Positions 44,619-58,376 of a DNA stretch of 64,000 bases are shown here, piece by piece. The stretch is from the NCBI RefSeq assembly GCF_009914755.1, contig NC_060925.1; one strand, 5' to 3'. Each line of letters opens with the position of its first letter. The stretch's first letter is position 1. The notes beneath the pieces were generated by a model. That model was given only the letters and a program-made list of their open reading frames with translations, did no database searches and was not told the origin of the DNA. Origin of the DNA: the human T2T-CHM13v2.0 reference genome, Homo sapiens. The translations under genes and the position numbers were made by a program.

Positions 44619-47600
44619 ATGAAATTGAAATGGATGGACTCATCATCGAATGGATTCGAAAGGAATCAACGAATAAAATTGATTGAAATCATCATCGAAT
44701 GGAATCGAATGGTATCATTGAATGGAATCGAATGGAATCATCATCAGATGGAAATGAATGGAATCGTCATAGAATGGAATCGAATGGATTCATTGAATGG
44801 AATCAGATGGAATCATCGAATGGACTGGAATGGAATCATTGAATGGACTCGAAAGAAATCATGATTGAATGGAATTGAATGGAATCATCGAATGGTCTCG
44901 ATTGGAATCATTATCAAATGGAATCGAATGGAATCACCGAATAGAATCGAATGGAACAATCATCGAATGGACTCAAATGGAATTATCCTCAAATGGAATC
45001 GAATGGAATTATCGAATGCAATCGAATGGAATTATCGAATGCAATCGAATAGAATCATCGAATGGACTCGAATGGAATCATCGAATGGAATGGAATGGAA
45101 CAGTCAATGAACTCGAATGGAATCATCATTGAATGGAATCGAATGGAATCATCGAGTGGAATCGAATGGAATTATGATCAAATGGAATCGAATGTAATCA
45201 TCTTCAAATGGAATCAAAAATAACCATCATCAATTGGTATTGAATGGAATTGTCATGAAATGGAATTCAAAGGAATCATCATCAAATGGAACCGAATGGA
45301 ATCCTCATTGAATGGAAATGAAAGGGGTCATCATCTAATGGAATCGCATGGAATCATCATCAAATGGAATCGAATGGAATCATCATCAAATGGAATCTAA
45401 AGGAATCATTGAACAGAATTTAATGGAATCGTCATTGAATGAATTGAATGCAATCATCGAATGGTCTCGAATGGAACCATCTTCTAATGGAAAGGAATGG
45501 AATCATCGCATAGAATCGAATGGAATTGTCATCGAATGGAATCGAATGGTATCAACACCAAACGGAAAAAAACGGAATTATCGAATGGAATCGAAGAGAA
45601 TCTTCGAACGGACCCGAATGGAATCATCTAATGGAATGGAATGGAATAATCCAAGGACTCGAATGCAATCATCATCGAATGGAATCGAATGGAATCATCG
45701 AATGGACTCGAATGGTATAATCATTGAACGGAATCGAATGGAATCATCATCGGATGGAAACGAATGGAATCATCATCGAATGGGAATGAAAGGAGTCATC
45801 ATCTAATGGAATTGCATGGAATCATCATCAAATGGAATCGAATGGAATCAACATCAAATGGAATCAAATGGAATCATTGAACGGAATTGAATGGAATCGT
45901 CATCGAATGAATTGAATGCAATCATCGAATGGTCTCGAATGGAATCATCTTCAAATGGAATGGAATGGAATCATCGCATAGAATCGAATGGAATTATCAT
46001 CGAATGGAATCGAATGGAATCAACACCAAACGGAAAAAAACGGAATTATCAAATGGAATCGAAGAGAATCATCGAATGGACCCAAATGGAATCATCTAAT
46101 GGAATGGAATGGAATAATCCATGGACTCGAATGCAATCATCATCGAATGGAATCGAATGGAATCATCGAATGGACTCGAATGGAATAATCATTGAACGGA
46201 ATCAAATGGAATCATCATCGGATGGAAATGAATGGAATCGTCATCGAATGGAATCGAATAGAATTATGGAATGAAATCCAGTGTGATCATCATCGAATGG
46301 ACCTGAATGGAATCATCATCCAATGGAAGCTAATGGAATCAACATCGAATGAATCAAATTGAAACACCATCGAATTGAAACGAATGGAATTACCATGAAA
46401 TTGAAATGGATGGACTCATCATCGAATGGATTCGAAAGGAATCATCGAATAAAATTGATTGAAATCATCATCGAATGGAATCGAATGGTATCATTGAATG
46501 GAATCGAATGGAATCATCATCAGATGGAAATGAATGGAATCGTCATAGAATGGAATCGAATGGATTCATTGAATGGAATCAGATGGAATCATCGAATGGA
46601 CTGGAATGGAATCATTGAATGGACTCGAAAGAGATCATGATTGAATGGAATTGAATGGAATCATCGAATGGTCTCGATTGGAATCATTATCAAATGGAAT
46701 CGAATGGAATCACCGAATAGAATCGAATGGAACAATCATCGAATGGACTCAAATGGAATTATCCTCAAATGGAATCGAATGGAATTATCGAATGCAATCG
46801 AATGGAATTATCGAATGCAATCGAATAGAATCATCGAATGGACTCGAATGGAATCATCGAATGGAATGGAATGGAACAGTCAATGAACTCGAATGGAATC
46901 ATCATTGAATGGAATCGAATGGAATCATCGAGTGGAATCGAATGGAATTATGATCAAATGGAATCGAATGTAATCATCATCAAATGGAATCAAAAATAAC
47001 CATCATCAATTGGAATTGAATGGAATTGTCATCAAATGGATTTCAAAGGAAACATCATCAAATGGAACCGAATGGAATCCTCATTGAATGGAAATGAAAG
47101 GGGTCATCATCTAATGGAATCGCATGGAATCATCATCAAATGGAATCGAATGGAATCATCATCAAATGGAATCTAATGGAATCATTGAACAGAATTTAAT
47201 GGAATCGTCATCGAATGAATTGAATGCAATCATCGAATGGTCTCGAATGGAACCATCTTCTAATGGAAAGGAATGGAATCATCGCATAGAATCGAATGGA
47301 ATTATCATCGAATGGAATCGAATGGTATCAACACCAAACGGAAAAAAACGGAATTATCGAATGGAATCGAAGAGAATCTTCGAACGGACCCGAATGGAAT
47401 CATCTAATGGAATGGAATGGAATAATCCATGGACTCGAATGCAATCATCATCGAATGGAATCGAATGGAATCATCGAATGGACTCGAATGGAATAATCAT
47501 TGAACGGAATCGAATGGAATCATCATCGGATGGAAACGAATGGAATCATCATCGAATGGGAATGAAAGGAGTCATCATCTAATGGAATTGCATGTAATCA

Positions 47601-50600
47601 TCATAAAATGGAATCGAATGGAATCAACATCAAATGGAATCAAATGGAATCATTGAACGGAATTGAATGGAATCGTCATCGAATGAATTAAATGCAATCA
47701 TCGAATGGTCTCGAATGGAATCATCTTCAAATGGAATGGAATGGAATCATCGCATAGAATCGAATGGAATTATCATCGAATGGAATCGAATGGAATCAAC
47801 ACCAAACGGAAAAAAACGGAATTATCGAATGGAATCGAAGAGAATCATCGAATGGACCCGAATGGAATCATCTAATGGAATGGAATGGAATAATCCATGG
47901 ACTCGAATGCAATCATCATCGAATGGAATCGAATAGAATCATCGAATGGACTCGAATGGAATAATCATTGAACGGAATCAAATGGAATCATCATCGGATG
48001 GAAATGAATGGAATCGTCATCGAATGGAATCGAATAGAATTATGGAATGAAATCCAGTGTGATCATCATCGAATGGACCTGAATGGAATCATCATCCAAC
48101 GGAAGCTAATGGAATCAACATCGAATGAATCAAATGGAAACACCATCGAATTGAAACGAATGGAATTACCATGAAATTGAAATGGATGGACTCATCATCG
48201 AATGGATTCGAATGGAATCATCGAATAAAATTGATTGAAATCATCATCGAATGGAATCGAATGGTATCATTGAATGGAATCGAATGGAATCATCATCAGA
48301 TGGAAATGAATGGAATCGTCATAGAATGGAATCGAATGGATTCATTGAATGGAATCAGATGGAATCATTGAATGGACTGTAATGGAATCATTGAATGGAC
48401 TCGAAAGGGATCATTATTGAATGGAATTGAATGGAATCATCGAATGGTCTCGATTGGAATCATTATCAAATGGAATCGAATGGAATCACCGAATAGAATC
48501 GAATGGAACAATCATCGAATGGACTCAAATGGAATTATCCTCAAATGGAATCGAATGGAATTATCGAATGCAATCGAATGGAATTATCGAATGCAATCGA
48601 ATAGAATCATCGAATGGACTCGAATGGAATCATCGAATGGAATGGAATGGAACAGTCAATGAACTCGAATGGAATCATCATTGAATGGAATCGAATGGAA
48701 TCATCGAGTGGAATCGAAAGGAATTATGACCAAATGGAATCGAATGTAATCATCATCAAATGGAATCAAAAATAACCATCATCAATTGGTATTGAATGGA
48801 ATTGTCATGAAATGGAATTCAAAGGAATCATCATCAAATGGAACCGAATGGAATCCTCATTGAATGGAAATGAAAGGGGTCATCATCTAATGGAATCGCA
48901 TGGAATCATCATCAAATGGAATCGAATGGAATCATCATCAAATGGAATCTAATGGAATCATTGAAAAGAATTGAATGGAATCGTCATCGAATGAATTGAA
49001 TGCAATCATCGAATGGTCTCGAATGGAATCATCTTCAAATGGAATGGAATGGAATCATTGCATACAATCGAATGGAATTATCATCGAATGGAATCGAATG
49101 GAATCAACATCTAACGGAAAAAAACGGAATTATCGAATGGAATCGAAGAGAATCATCGAATGGACCCGAATGGAATCATCTAATGGAATGGAATGGAATA
49201 ATCCATGGACTCGAATGCAATCATCATCGAATGGAATCGAATGGAATCATCGAATGGACTCGAATGGAATAATCATTGAACGGAATCGAATGGAATCATC
49301 ATCGGATGGAAATGAAAGGAGTCATCATCTAATGGAATTGCATGGAATCATCATAAAATGGAATCGAGTGGAATCAACATCAAATGGAATCAAATGGAAT
49401 CATTGAACGGAATTGAATGGAATCGTCATCGAATGAATTGAATGCAATCATCGAATGGTCTCGAATGGAATCATCTTCAAATGGAATGGAATGTAATCAT
49501 CGCATAGAATCGAATGGAATTATCATCGAATGGAATCGAATGGAATCAACATCAAACGGAAAAATACGGAATTATCGAATGGAATCGAAGAGAATCATCG
49601 AATGGACCCGAATGGAATCATCTAATGGAATGGAATGGAATAATCCATGGACTCGAATGCAATCATCATCGAATGGAATCGAATGGAATCATCCAATGGA
49701 CTCGAATGGAATAATCATTGAACGGAATCGAATGGAATCATCATCGGATGGAAATGAATGGAATCATCATCGAATGGAATCGAATAGAATTATGGAATGA
49801 AATCCAGTGTGATCATCATCGAATGGACCCGAATGGAATCATCATCCAACGGATGCTAATGGAATCAACATCGAATGAATCAAATGGAAACACCATCGAA
49901 TTGAAACGAATGGAATTACCATGAAATTGAAATGGATGGACTCATCATCGAATGGATTCGAAAGGAATCATCGAATAAAATTGATTGAAATCATCATCGA
50001 ATGGAATCGAATGGTATCATTGAATGGAATCGAATGGAATCATCATCAGATGGAAATGAATGGAATCGTCATAGAATGGAATCCAATGGATTCATTGAAT
50101 GGAATCAGATGGAATCATCGAATGGACTGGAATGGAATCATTGAATGGACTCGAAAGAGATCATGATTGAATGGAATTGAATGGAATCATCGAATGGTCT
50201 CGATTGGAATCATTATCAAATTGAATCGAATGGAATCACCGAATAGAATCGAATGGAACAATCATCGAATGGACTCAAATGGAATTATCCTCAAATGGAA
50301 TCGAATGGAATTATCGAATGCAATCGAATGGAATTATCGAATGCAATCGAATAGAATCATCGAATGGACTCGAATGGATTCATCGAATGGAATGGAATGG
50401 AAAAGTCAATGAACACGAATGGAATCATCACTGAATGGAATCGAATGGAATCATCGAGTGGAATCGAATGGAATTATGATCAAATGGAATCGAATGTAAT
50501 CATCATCAAATGGAATCAAAAATAACCATCATCTATTGGTATTGAATGGAATTGTTATCAAATGGAATTCAAAGGAATCATCATCAAATGGAACTGAATG

Positions 50601-53472
50601 GAATCCTCATTGAATGGAAATGAAAGGGGTCATCATCTAATGGAATAGCATGGAATAATCATCAAATGGAATCGAATGGAATCATCATCAAATGGAATCT
50701 AATGGAATCATTGAAAAGAATTGAATGGAATCATCATCGAATGAATTGAATGCAATCATCGAATGGTCTCGAATGGAATCATCTTCTAATGGAAAGGAAT
50801 GGAATCATCGCATAGAATCGAATGGAATTAACATTGAATGGACTCGAATGGAATCAACATCAAATGGAATCAAGCGGAATTATCGAATGAAATCGAAGAG
50901 AATCATCGAATGGACTCGAATGGAATCATCTAGTGGAATGGAATGGAATAATCCACGGACTCGAATGCAATCATCATCGTATAGAATCGAATGGAATCAT
51001 CGAATGGACTCGAATGGAATAACCATTGAACGGAATCAAATGGAATCATCATCGGATGGAAACGAATGGAATCATCATCTAATGGAAATGAAAGGAGTCA
51101 TCATCTAATGGAATTGCATGGAATCATCATAAAATGGAATCGAATGGAATCATCATCAAATGGAATCAAATGGAATCATTGAACGGAATTGAATGGAATC
51201 GTCATCGAATGAATTGAATGCAATCATCGAATGGTCTCGAATGGAATCATCTTCAAATGGAATGGAATGGAATCATCGCATAGAATCGAATGGAATTAAT
51301 ATCGAATGGAATCGAATGGTATCAACATCAAACGGAAAATAACGGAATTATCGAATGGAATCGAAGAGAATCTTCGAACGTACCCGAATGGAATCATCTA
51401 ATGGAGTGGAATGGAATAATCCATGGACTCGAATGCAATCATCATCGAATGGAATCGAATGGAATCATCGAATGGACTCGAATGGAATAATCATTGAACG
51501 GAATCGAATGGAATCATCATCGGATGGAAATGAATGGAATCATCATCGAATGGAATCGAATAGAATTATGGAATGAAATCCAGTGTGATCATCATCGAAT
51601 GGACCCGAATGGAATCATCATCCAACGGAAGCTAATGGAATCAACATCGAATGAATCGAATGGAAACACCATCGAATTGAAACGAATGGAATTATCATGA
51701 AATTGAAATGGATGGACTCATCATCGAATGGATTCGAATGGAATCATCGAATAAAATTGATTGAAATTATCATCAAATGGAATCGAATGGTATCATTGAA
51801 TGGAATCGAATGGAATCATCATCAGATGGAAATGAATGGAATCGTCATAGAATGGAATCGAATGGATTCATTGAATGGAATCAGATGGAATCATCGAATG
51901 GACTGGAATGGAATCATTGAATGGACTCGAAAGGGATCATTATTGAATGGAATTGAATGGAATCATCGAATGGTCTCGATTGGAATCATTATCAAATGGA
52001 ATCGAATGGAATCACCGAATAGAATCGAATGGAACAATCATCGAATGGACTCAAATGGAATTATCCTCCAATGGAATCGAATGGAATTATCGAATGCAAT
52101 CGAATGGAATTATCGAATGCAATCGAATAGAATCATCGAATGGACTCGAATGGAATCATCGAATGGAATGGAATGGAACAGTCAATGAACTCGAATGGAA
52201 TCATCATTGAATGGAATCGAATGGAATCATCGAGTGGAATCGAATGGAATTATGATCAAATGGAATCGAATGTAATCATCATCAAATGGAATCAAAAATA
52301 ACCATCATCAATTGGTATTGAATGGAATTGTCATCAAATGGAATTCAAAGGAAACATCATCAAATGGAACCGAATGGAATCCTCATTGAATGGAAATGAA
52401 AGGGGTCATCATCTAATGGAATCGCATGGAATCATCATCAAATGGAATCGAATGGAATCATCATCAAATGGAATCTAATGGAATCATTGAACAGAATTTA
52501 ATGGAATCGTCATCGAATGAATTGAATGCAATCATCGAATGGTCTCGAATGGAACCATCTTCTAATGGAAAGGAATGGAATCATCGCATAGAATCGAATG
52601 GAATTGTCATCGAATGGAATCGAATGGTATCAACACCAAACGGAAAAAAACGGAAATATCGAATGGAATCGAAGAGAATCTTCGAACGGACCCGAATGGA
52701 ATCATCTAATGGAATGGAATGGAATAATCCATGGACTCGAATGCAATCATCATCGAATGGAATCGAATGGAATCATCGAATGGACTCGAATGGAATAATC
52801 ATTGAACGGAATCGAATGGAATCATCATCGGATGGAAACGAATGGAATCATCATCGAATGGAAATGAAAGGAGTCATCATCTAATGGAATTGCATGGAAT
52901 CATCATCAAATGGAATCGAATAGAATCAACATCAAATGGAATCAAATGGAATCATTGAACGGAATTGAATGGAATCGTCATTGAATGAATTGAATGCAAT
53001 CATCGAATGGTCTCGAATGGAATCATCTTCAAATGGAATGGAATGGAATCATCGCATAGAATCGAATGGAATTATCATCGAATGGAATCGAATGGAATCA
53101 ACATCAAACGGAAAAAAACGGAATTATCGAATGGAATCGAAGAGAATCATCGAATGGACCCGAATGGAATCATCTAATGGAATGGAATGGAATAATCCAT
53201 GGACTCGAATGCAATCATCATCGAATGGAATCGAATGGAATCATCGAATGGACTCGAATGGAATAATCATTGAACGGAATCGAATGGAATCATCATCGGA
53301 TGGAAATGAATGGAATCATCATCGAATGGAATCGAATAGAATTATGGAATGAAATCCAGTGTGATCATCATCGAATGGACCCGAATGGAATCATCATCCA
53401 ACGGAAGCTAATGGAATCAACATCGAATGAATCAAATGGAAACACCATCGAATTGAAACGAATGGAATTACC

Positions 53473-56400
53473 ATGAAATTGAAATGGATGGACTCATCAT
53501 CAAATGGATTCGAGTGGAATCATCGAATAAAATTGATTGAAATCATCATCGTATGGAATCGAATGGTATGATTGAATGGAATCGAATGGAATCATCTTCA
53601 GATGGAAATGAAAGGAATCATCATAGAATGGAATCGAATGGATTCATTGAATGGAATCAGATGGAATCATTGAATGGACTGGAATGGAATCATTGAATGG
53701 ACTCGAAAGGGATCATTATTGAATGGAATTGAATGGAATCATCGAATGGTCTCGATTGGAATCATTATCAAATGGAATCGAATGGAATCACCGAATAGAA
53801 TCGAATGGAACAATCATCGAATGGACTCAAATGGAATTATCCTCAAATGGAATTGAATGGAATTATCGAATGCAATCGAATGGAATTATCGAATGCAATC
53901 GAATAGAATCATCGAATGGACTCGAATGGAATCATCGAATGGAATGGAATGGAACAGTCAATGAACTCGAATGGAATCATCATTGAATGGAATCGAATGG
54001 AATCATCGAGTGGAATCGAATGTAATCATCATCAAATGGAATCGAATGTAATCATCATCAAATGGAATCAAAAATAACCATCATCAACTGGTATTGAATG
54101 GAATTCTCATCAAATGGAATTCAAAGGAATCATCATCAAATGGAACCGAATGGAATCCTCATTGAATGGAAATGAAAGGGGTCATCATCTAATGGAATCG
54201 CATGGAATCATCATCAAATGGAATCGAATGGAATCATCATCAAATGGAATCTAATGGAATCATTGAAAAGAATTGAATGGAATCGTCATCGAATGAATTG
54301 AATGCAATCATCGAATGGTCTCGAATGGAATCATCTTCTAATGGAAAGGAATGGAATCATCGCATAGAATCGAATGGAATTATCATCGAATGGAATCGAA
54401 TGGTATCAACACCAAACGGAAAAAAACGGAATTATCGGATGGAATCGAAGAGAATCTTCGAACGGACCCGAATGGAATCATCTAATGGAATGAAATGGAA
54501 TAATCCATGGACTCGAATGCAATCATCATCGAATGGAATCGAATGGAATCATCGAATGGACTCGAATGGAATAATCATTGAACGGAATCGAATGGAATCA
54601 TCATCGGATGGAAACGAATGGAATCATCATCGAATGGAAATGAAAGGAGTCATCATCTAATGGAATTGCATGGAATCATCATAAAATGGAATCGAATGGA
54701 ATCAACATCAAATGGAATCAAATGGAATCATTGAACGGAATTGAATGGAATCGTCATCGAATGAATTGACTGCAATCATCCAATGGTCTCGAATGGAATC
54801 ATCTTCAAATGGAATGGAATGGAATCATCGCATAGAATCGAATGGAATTATCATCGAATGGAATCGAATGGAATCAACATCAAACGGAAAAAAACGGAAT
54901 TATCGAATGGAATCGAAGAGAATCATCGAATGGACCCGAATGGAATCATCTAATGGAATGGAATGGAATAATCCATGGACTCGAATGCAATCATCATCGA
55001 ATGGAATCGAATGGAATCATCGAATGGACTCGAATGGAATAATCATTGAACGGAATCGAATGGAATCATCATCGGATGGAAATGAAAGGAGTCATCATCT
55101 AATGGAATTGCATGGAATCATCATAAAATGGAATCGAATTGAATCAACATCAAATGGAATCAAATGGAATCATTGAACGGAATTGAATGGAATCGTCATC
55201 GAATGAATTGAATGCAATCATCGAATGGTCTCGAATGGAATCATCTTCAAATGGAATGGAATGGAATCATCGCATAGAATCGAATGGAATTATCATCGAA
55301 TGGAATCGAATGGAATCAACATCAAACGGAAAAATACGGAATTATCGAATGGAATCGAAGAGAATCATCGAATGGACCCGAATGGAATCATCTAATGGAA
55401 TGGAATGGAATAATCCATGGACTCGAATGCAATCATCATCGAATGGAATCGAATGGAATCATCGAATGGACTCGTATGGAATAATCATTGAACGGAATCG
55501 AATGGCATCGTCATTGGATGGAAATGAATGGAATCATCATCGAATGGAATCGAATAGAATTATGGAATGAAATCCAGTGTGATCATCATCGAATGGACCC
55601 GAATGGAATCATCATCCAACGGAAGCTAATGGAATCAACATCGAATGAATCGAATGGAAACACCATCGAATTGAAACGAATGGAATTACCATGAAATTGA
55701 AATGGATGGACTCATCATCGAATGGATTCGAATGGAATCATCGAATAAAATTGATTGAAATCATAATCGAATGGAATCGAATGGTATCATTGAATGGAAT
55801 CGAATGGAATCATCATCAGATGGAAATGAATGGAATCGTCATAGAATGGAATCGAATGGATTCATTGAATGGAATCAGATGGAATCATCGAATGGACTGG
55901 AATGGAATCATTGAATGGACTCGAAAGGGATCATTATTGAATGGAATTGAATGGAATCATCGAATGGTCTCGATTGGAATCATTATCAAATGGAATCGAA
56001 TGGATTCACCGAATAGAATCGAATGGAACAATCATCGAATGGACTCAAATGGAATTATCCTCAAATGGAATCGAATGGAATTATCGAATGCAATCGAATG
56101 GAATTATCGAATGCAATCGAATAGAATCATCGAATGGACTCGAATGGAATCATCGAATGGAATGGAATGGAACAGTCAATGAACTCGAATGGAATCATCA
56201 TTGAATGGAATCGAATGGAATCATCGAGTGGAATCGAATGGAATTATGATCAAATGGAATCGACTGTAATCATCATCAAATGGAATCAAAAATAACCATC
56301 ATCAACTGGTATTGAATGGAATTCTCATCAAATGGAATTCAAAGGAATCATCATCAAATGGAACTGAATGGAATCCTCATTGAATGGAAATGAAAGGGGT

Positions 56401-58376
56401 CATCATCTAATGGAATCGCATGGAATCATCATCAAATGGAATCGAATGGAATCATCATCAAATGGAATCTGATGGAATCATTGAACAGAATTGAATGGAA
56501 TCGTCATCGAATGAATTGAATGCAATCATCGAATGGTCTCGAATGTAATCACATTCTAATGGAAAGGAATGGAATCATCGCATAGAATCGAATGGAATTA
56601 ACATTGAATGGACTCGAATGGAATCAACATCAAACGGAATCAAGCGGAATTATCGAATGGAATCGAAGAGAATCATCGAATGGACTCGAATGGAATCATC
56701 TAATGGAATGGAATGGAATAATCCACGGACTCGAATGCAATCATCATCGTATAGAATCGAATGGAATCATCGAATGGACTCGAATGGAATAACCATTGAA
56801 CGGAATCGAATGGAATCATCATCGGATGGAAACGAATGGAATCATCATCGAATGGAAATGAAAGGAGTCATCATCTAATGGAATTGCATGGAATCATCAT
56901 AAAATGGAATCGAATGGAATCATCATCAAATGGAATCAAATGGAAGCATTGAACGGAATTGAATGGAATCGTCATCGAATGAATTGAATGCAACCATCGA
57001 ATGATCTCGAATGGAATCATCTTCAAATGGAATGGAATGGAATCATCGCATAGAATCGAATGGAATTATCATCGAATGGAATCGAATGGTATCAACATCA
57101 AACGGAAAAAAACGGTATAATCGAATGGAATCAAAGAGAATCTTCGAATGGACCCGAATGGAATCATCTAATGGAATGGAATGGAATAATCCATGGACAC
57201 GAATGCAATCATCATCGAATGGAATCGAATGGAATCATCGAATGGACTCGAATGGAATAATCATTGAACGGAATCGAATGGAATCATCATCGGATGGAAA
57301 TGAAAGGAGTCATCATCTAATGGAATTGCAAGGAATCATCATAAAATGGAATCGAATGGAATCATCATCAAATGGAATCAAATGGAATCATTGAACGGAA
57401 TTGAATGGAATCGTCATCGAATGAATTGAATGCAATCATCGAATGGTCTCGAATGGAATCATCTTCAAATGGAATGGAATGGAATCATCGCATAGAATCG
57501 AATGGAATTATCATCGAATGGAATCGAATGGAATCAACATCAAACGGAAAAAAACGGAATTATCGAATGGAATCGAAGAGAATCATCGAAGGGACCCGAA
57601 TGGAATCATCTAATGGAATGGAATGGAATAATCCATGGACTCGAATGCAATCATCATCGAATGGAATCGAATGGAATCATCGAATGGACTCGAATGGAAT
57701 AATCATTGAACGGAATCGAATGGAATCATCATTGGATGGAAACGAATGGAATCATCATCGAATGGAAATGAAAGGAGTCATCATCTAATGGAATTGCATG
57801 GAATCATCATAAAATGGAATCGAATGGAATCAACATCAAATGGAATCAAATGGAATCATTGAACGGAATTGAATGGAATCGTCATCGAATGAATTGAATG
57901 CAATCATCGAATGGTCTCGAATGGAATCATCTTCAAATGGAATGGAATGGAATCATCGCATAGAATCGAATGGAATTATCATCGAATGGATTCGAATGGT
58001 ATCAACATCAAACGGAAAAAAACGGAATTATCGAATGGAATCAAAGAGAATCTTCGAACGGACCCGAATGGAATCATCTAATGGAATGGAATGGAATAAT
58101 CCATGGACTCGAATGCAATCATCATCGAATGGAATCGAATGGAATCATTGAAAGGACTCGTATGGAATAATCATTGAACGGAATCGAATGGAATCATCAT
58201 CGGATGGAAATGAATGGAATCATCATCGAATGGAATCGAATAGAATTATGGAATGAAATCCAGTGTGATCATCATCGAATGGACCCGAATGGAATCATCA
58301 TCCAACGGAAGCTAATGGAATCAACATCCAATGAATCGAATGGAAACACCATCGAATTGAAACGAATGGAATTATC
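53473..58376 (+). repeat. 2218-bp unit followed by a 2686-bp unit (four subunits)
   Basis: Landmarks are at 53473, 55691 and 58377. In the second unit, subunit starts are 56495, 56963, 57405 and 57873 (468, 442, 468). Confidence 0.88.

Noticed and set aside
47035-47050. Loss of the EcoRI site (GGATTTC) in one unit and gain of a second site (GAATTCTC) in others
   Set aside because: These are ordinary point variants with no functional implication, useful only as markers.
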